Source of the DNA: Oopsacas minuta
Lineage: Eukaryota > Animalia > Porifera
NCBI GenBank assembly: GCA_024704765.1
Contig: JAKMXF010000066.1
Span: 314,499 to 378,498 of the forward strand
Reading direction: 5' to 3'
Length of the DNA: 64,000 bases
A program made the translations under genes and the position numbers. This document shows positions 62,183-64,000 of this stretch, one piece after another. How positions within the stretch are numbered: position 1 is the first letter of the stretch; each line of letters opens with the position of its first letter. Under the pieces are notes generated by a model. It was given only the letters and a program-made list of their open reading frames with translations, had not been told where the DNA came from and did no database searches.

Positions 62183-64000
62183 ATGTCAATGGAAAAGCCG
62201 CGATTCAAAGTAAGAGCTCAACTACCCGACGAGGAATCACCACACACATTCACGATTATGCCATCTGTCGCATTCCCAATGCTACACACCCACTTGAAGG
62301 AAATTTCTGGGCTAAGTCAGATTATTGTGACGTACCAAGATGAAGAAGGTGACGATGTAACTCTGACTAATGAAGAGGAGTTCACAGAGGCTAAGAGGAT
62401 GCTTGACCTCGGGAACATCTTATCACTACGACTTACAGTCACTGCAGGACCAAATGCTACCCCCTATAAGAAGGAAGAGCCTGTTATAACCACAACCTCC
62501 AGGCCACAGCCTACTCCACGATCTGCCGGGAAGACGAAGAAAACCGGATACTATCCCGAGCTGGCGGAGGAGCTGGGAGAGATGCTTCATGTATCTACAC
62601 CAAAGGAATCTGTACCTGTGAACAGAAATACACAAACTACTCCTGACCTCACTAATGTAAGTTTAGTTGATTGGGGCCTTTTCTCATCTGGGTTCTTTAA
62701 TTATCGGAAATTTTGTCATCGAAAAAACATACATTGTAGAAAAGAAATAGACTTTTGGATGTAATTCCTTCTGATTATTTCGTATATATGATTTTTCTCG
62801 TGTAAAGAATTGGCAAAAAACTACTGTAATTCTCATTTATTTATTTTATACATTTTGAAATTCTTTAGAATAAATCTGAATGGACTGACTCTTTTCTCTC
62901 TACTGCTTCTAAAGAAATAACAAATGTTCTAGACTCTCTACTCAAATCAGTAACAGCCGAGCCATCTTCTCTCATGAAGACCAGCTCCAGTAGCATGTGT
63001 CATACGGGCATCCTCTGTAAGCTATGCAACAAAACTATAATCGGGAATCGTTACAAATGTGGGAATTGTGCCGAGTTCGATCTCTGTGAACTATGTCTAC
63101 TGAATCCAGATGCTCACGACCCCACCCACATACTAATGCTTATACGTCTGCCCTGTCCAGGAGCTGGATACATTGACGATGAACCTGTACCAATGCTACG
63201 AGAGAACATATACCAGCCTAACGACAACAATGAGGAAAAGTTATTCAAACAATTCTACGCTGATAAACAGGCTAATAAGAAAGCAAAAAAGGCTTTGAAG
63301 TTAGAAAGGAAAATAAAGAAGATGATACTGCCCCAACATGTAGAGGCTAAGGTAATTTAATATACTATCATAACATTTATTCGAGCTGTCCATACCTACT
63401 CTATATGATCTCAAAATTTGTATTATAGTCTATGGAAAGGGGTCTACTGGTGAACGGTTATGAACTGTTGTTTTATTTATACGTAGAAAACTATACGATA
63501 GTTATTAATATTCATTTATCAAGATTTTATTGTGCAAATTCTACAATGCATATGACGTAATACATTACACGCTTATGACCAATTCGGGAAAAATCCTTAT
63601 ATGATTTATGGCTGCTAGTTGTCTGTATATGCTTAATAAAGAACCTTCTAATAATAATATTTCCATATACGTAGGTTGGAGCCTTACAGTCTGACATCGA
63701 ACTCAGGCGCAAAGAAATTAAAGAATTACGAGGAAAAATACGATCTACTAAGAAGGGCGTGGGTGTATTCTCTGAGGATATAGCATTACAAGAACCTTCT
63801 CAGGATTTCAGTGTTAGAATTCTAAGAGATACAAGCGAGTGTGCAGTCGTTCTTCCTATGAGTAGAGGTAGCTGTAAATGGCTTGTAGAAAACAACGGAG
63901 ATTCATTTTGGACTTCTGTTCGCTTCCATTGTGTGTCAGGAAATTTGTTAACAGATGAGAGACAGATTAGCTTGCCGTTCTGCTCACAGGGTGATCAGAT
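62183..64000 (+). CDS. NBR1/p62(SQSTM1)-like selective-autophagy receptor: PB1 domain, ZZ zinc finger, FW(NBR1-box)-like region; 5' part of gene, continues past window end; join(62183..62656,62869..63351,63675..>64000)
   Basis: ATG at 62183. PB1-like IIVTYQDEEGDDVTLTNEEEFTEAKRM. Donor AAT|GTAAGT at 62657, acceptor ttctttag at 62867-68. ZZ finger CHTGILCKLCNKTIIGNRYKCGNCAEFDLCELC..DAHDPTH. Donor AAG|GTAATT at 63352, acceptor cgtag at 63673-74. Exon 3 (..SCKWLVENNGDSFWTSVRFHCVSGNLL..) carries the W-spaced pattern of the NBR1 FW domain. All junctions are phase 0. Confidence 0.7.

Noticed and set aside
1-64000. A prokaryotic defence or accessory island (the framing of the task)
   Set aside because: Every confident gene is spliced and metazoan-specific (SOS, Ena/VASP, FET, LRRK, NBR1-like). 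There are no operon-like arrays, RBS-coupled ORFs or bacterial-type genes.

Overview
This 64 kb window is metazoan nuclear DNA, not prokaryotic. It is AT-rich (about 35% GC) and gene-dense. Genes are spliced with GT-AG introns, mostly 50-700 bp, plus a few multi-kb introns that hold MITEs and whole nested genes. The ORF track helps only for exons; many of its 'M' starts are GTG/TTG artefacts.

Genes I can support from the sequence (strand in brackets):
- 1-809 (-): partial TRIM-NHL-like protein, coiled coil plus NHL repeats.
- 1361-1810 (+): N-myristoylated LRAT/NlpC-P60-like protein.
- about 3700-7180 (-): Ena/VASP homolog, split EVH1 domain and a LERER-type charged repeat.
- 11138-19231 (+): near-complete Son-of-sevenless (SOS) Ras-GEF, 15 phase-consistent exons.
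- 20061-27701 (+): LRRK-type ROCO kinase (ANK-LRR-Roc-COR-kinase-WD40), 2.4 kaa, single 3' intron.
- 31716-33983 (+): intronless LIM-domain protein.
- 36338-38420 (+): secreted peptidase-C45 (IAT/Tan-like) Ntn-hydrolase.
- 40152-55971 (-): 15-exon FUS/EWS/TAF15 (FET) homolog, SYGQ-rich N-terminus, RRM, RGG, RanBP2 zinc finger, terminal PY-NLS. Its introns host a secreted MACPF protein (46634-47977, +), a second LRAT-like protein predicted to be a pseudoenzyme (53328-53789, +) and two small orphan ORFs.
- 57011-58574 and 60015-61344 (+): head-to-head with the FET start, a tandemly duplicated pair of fusion genes. Each joins a TRIM-like coiled-coil N-terminal exon to 3-4 near-canonical ubiquitin repeats that have lost the C-terminal Gly-Gly. 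Pseudogene fragments lie between the copies.
- 62183 to window end (+): NBR1/p62-like autophagy receptor (PB1-ZZ-FW), directly downstream of the fusion genes.

There are two MITE families, with 10 of 12 copies intronic, a hairpin element, a 12-bp minisatellite and a (GT)n repeat. The non-conjugatable poly-ubiquitin-like fusion locus is the most unusual feature.
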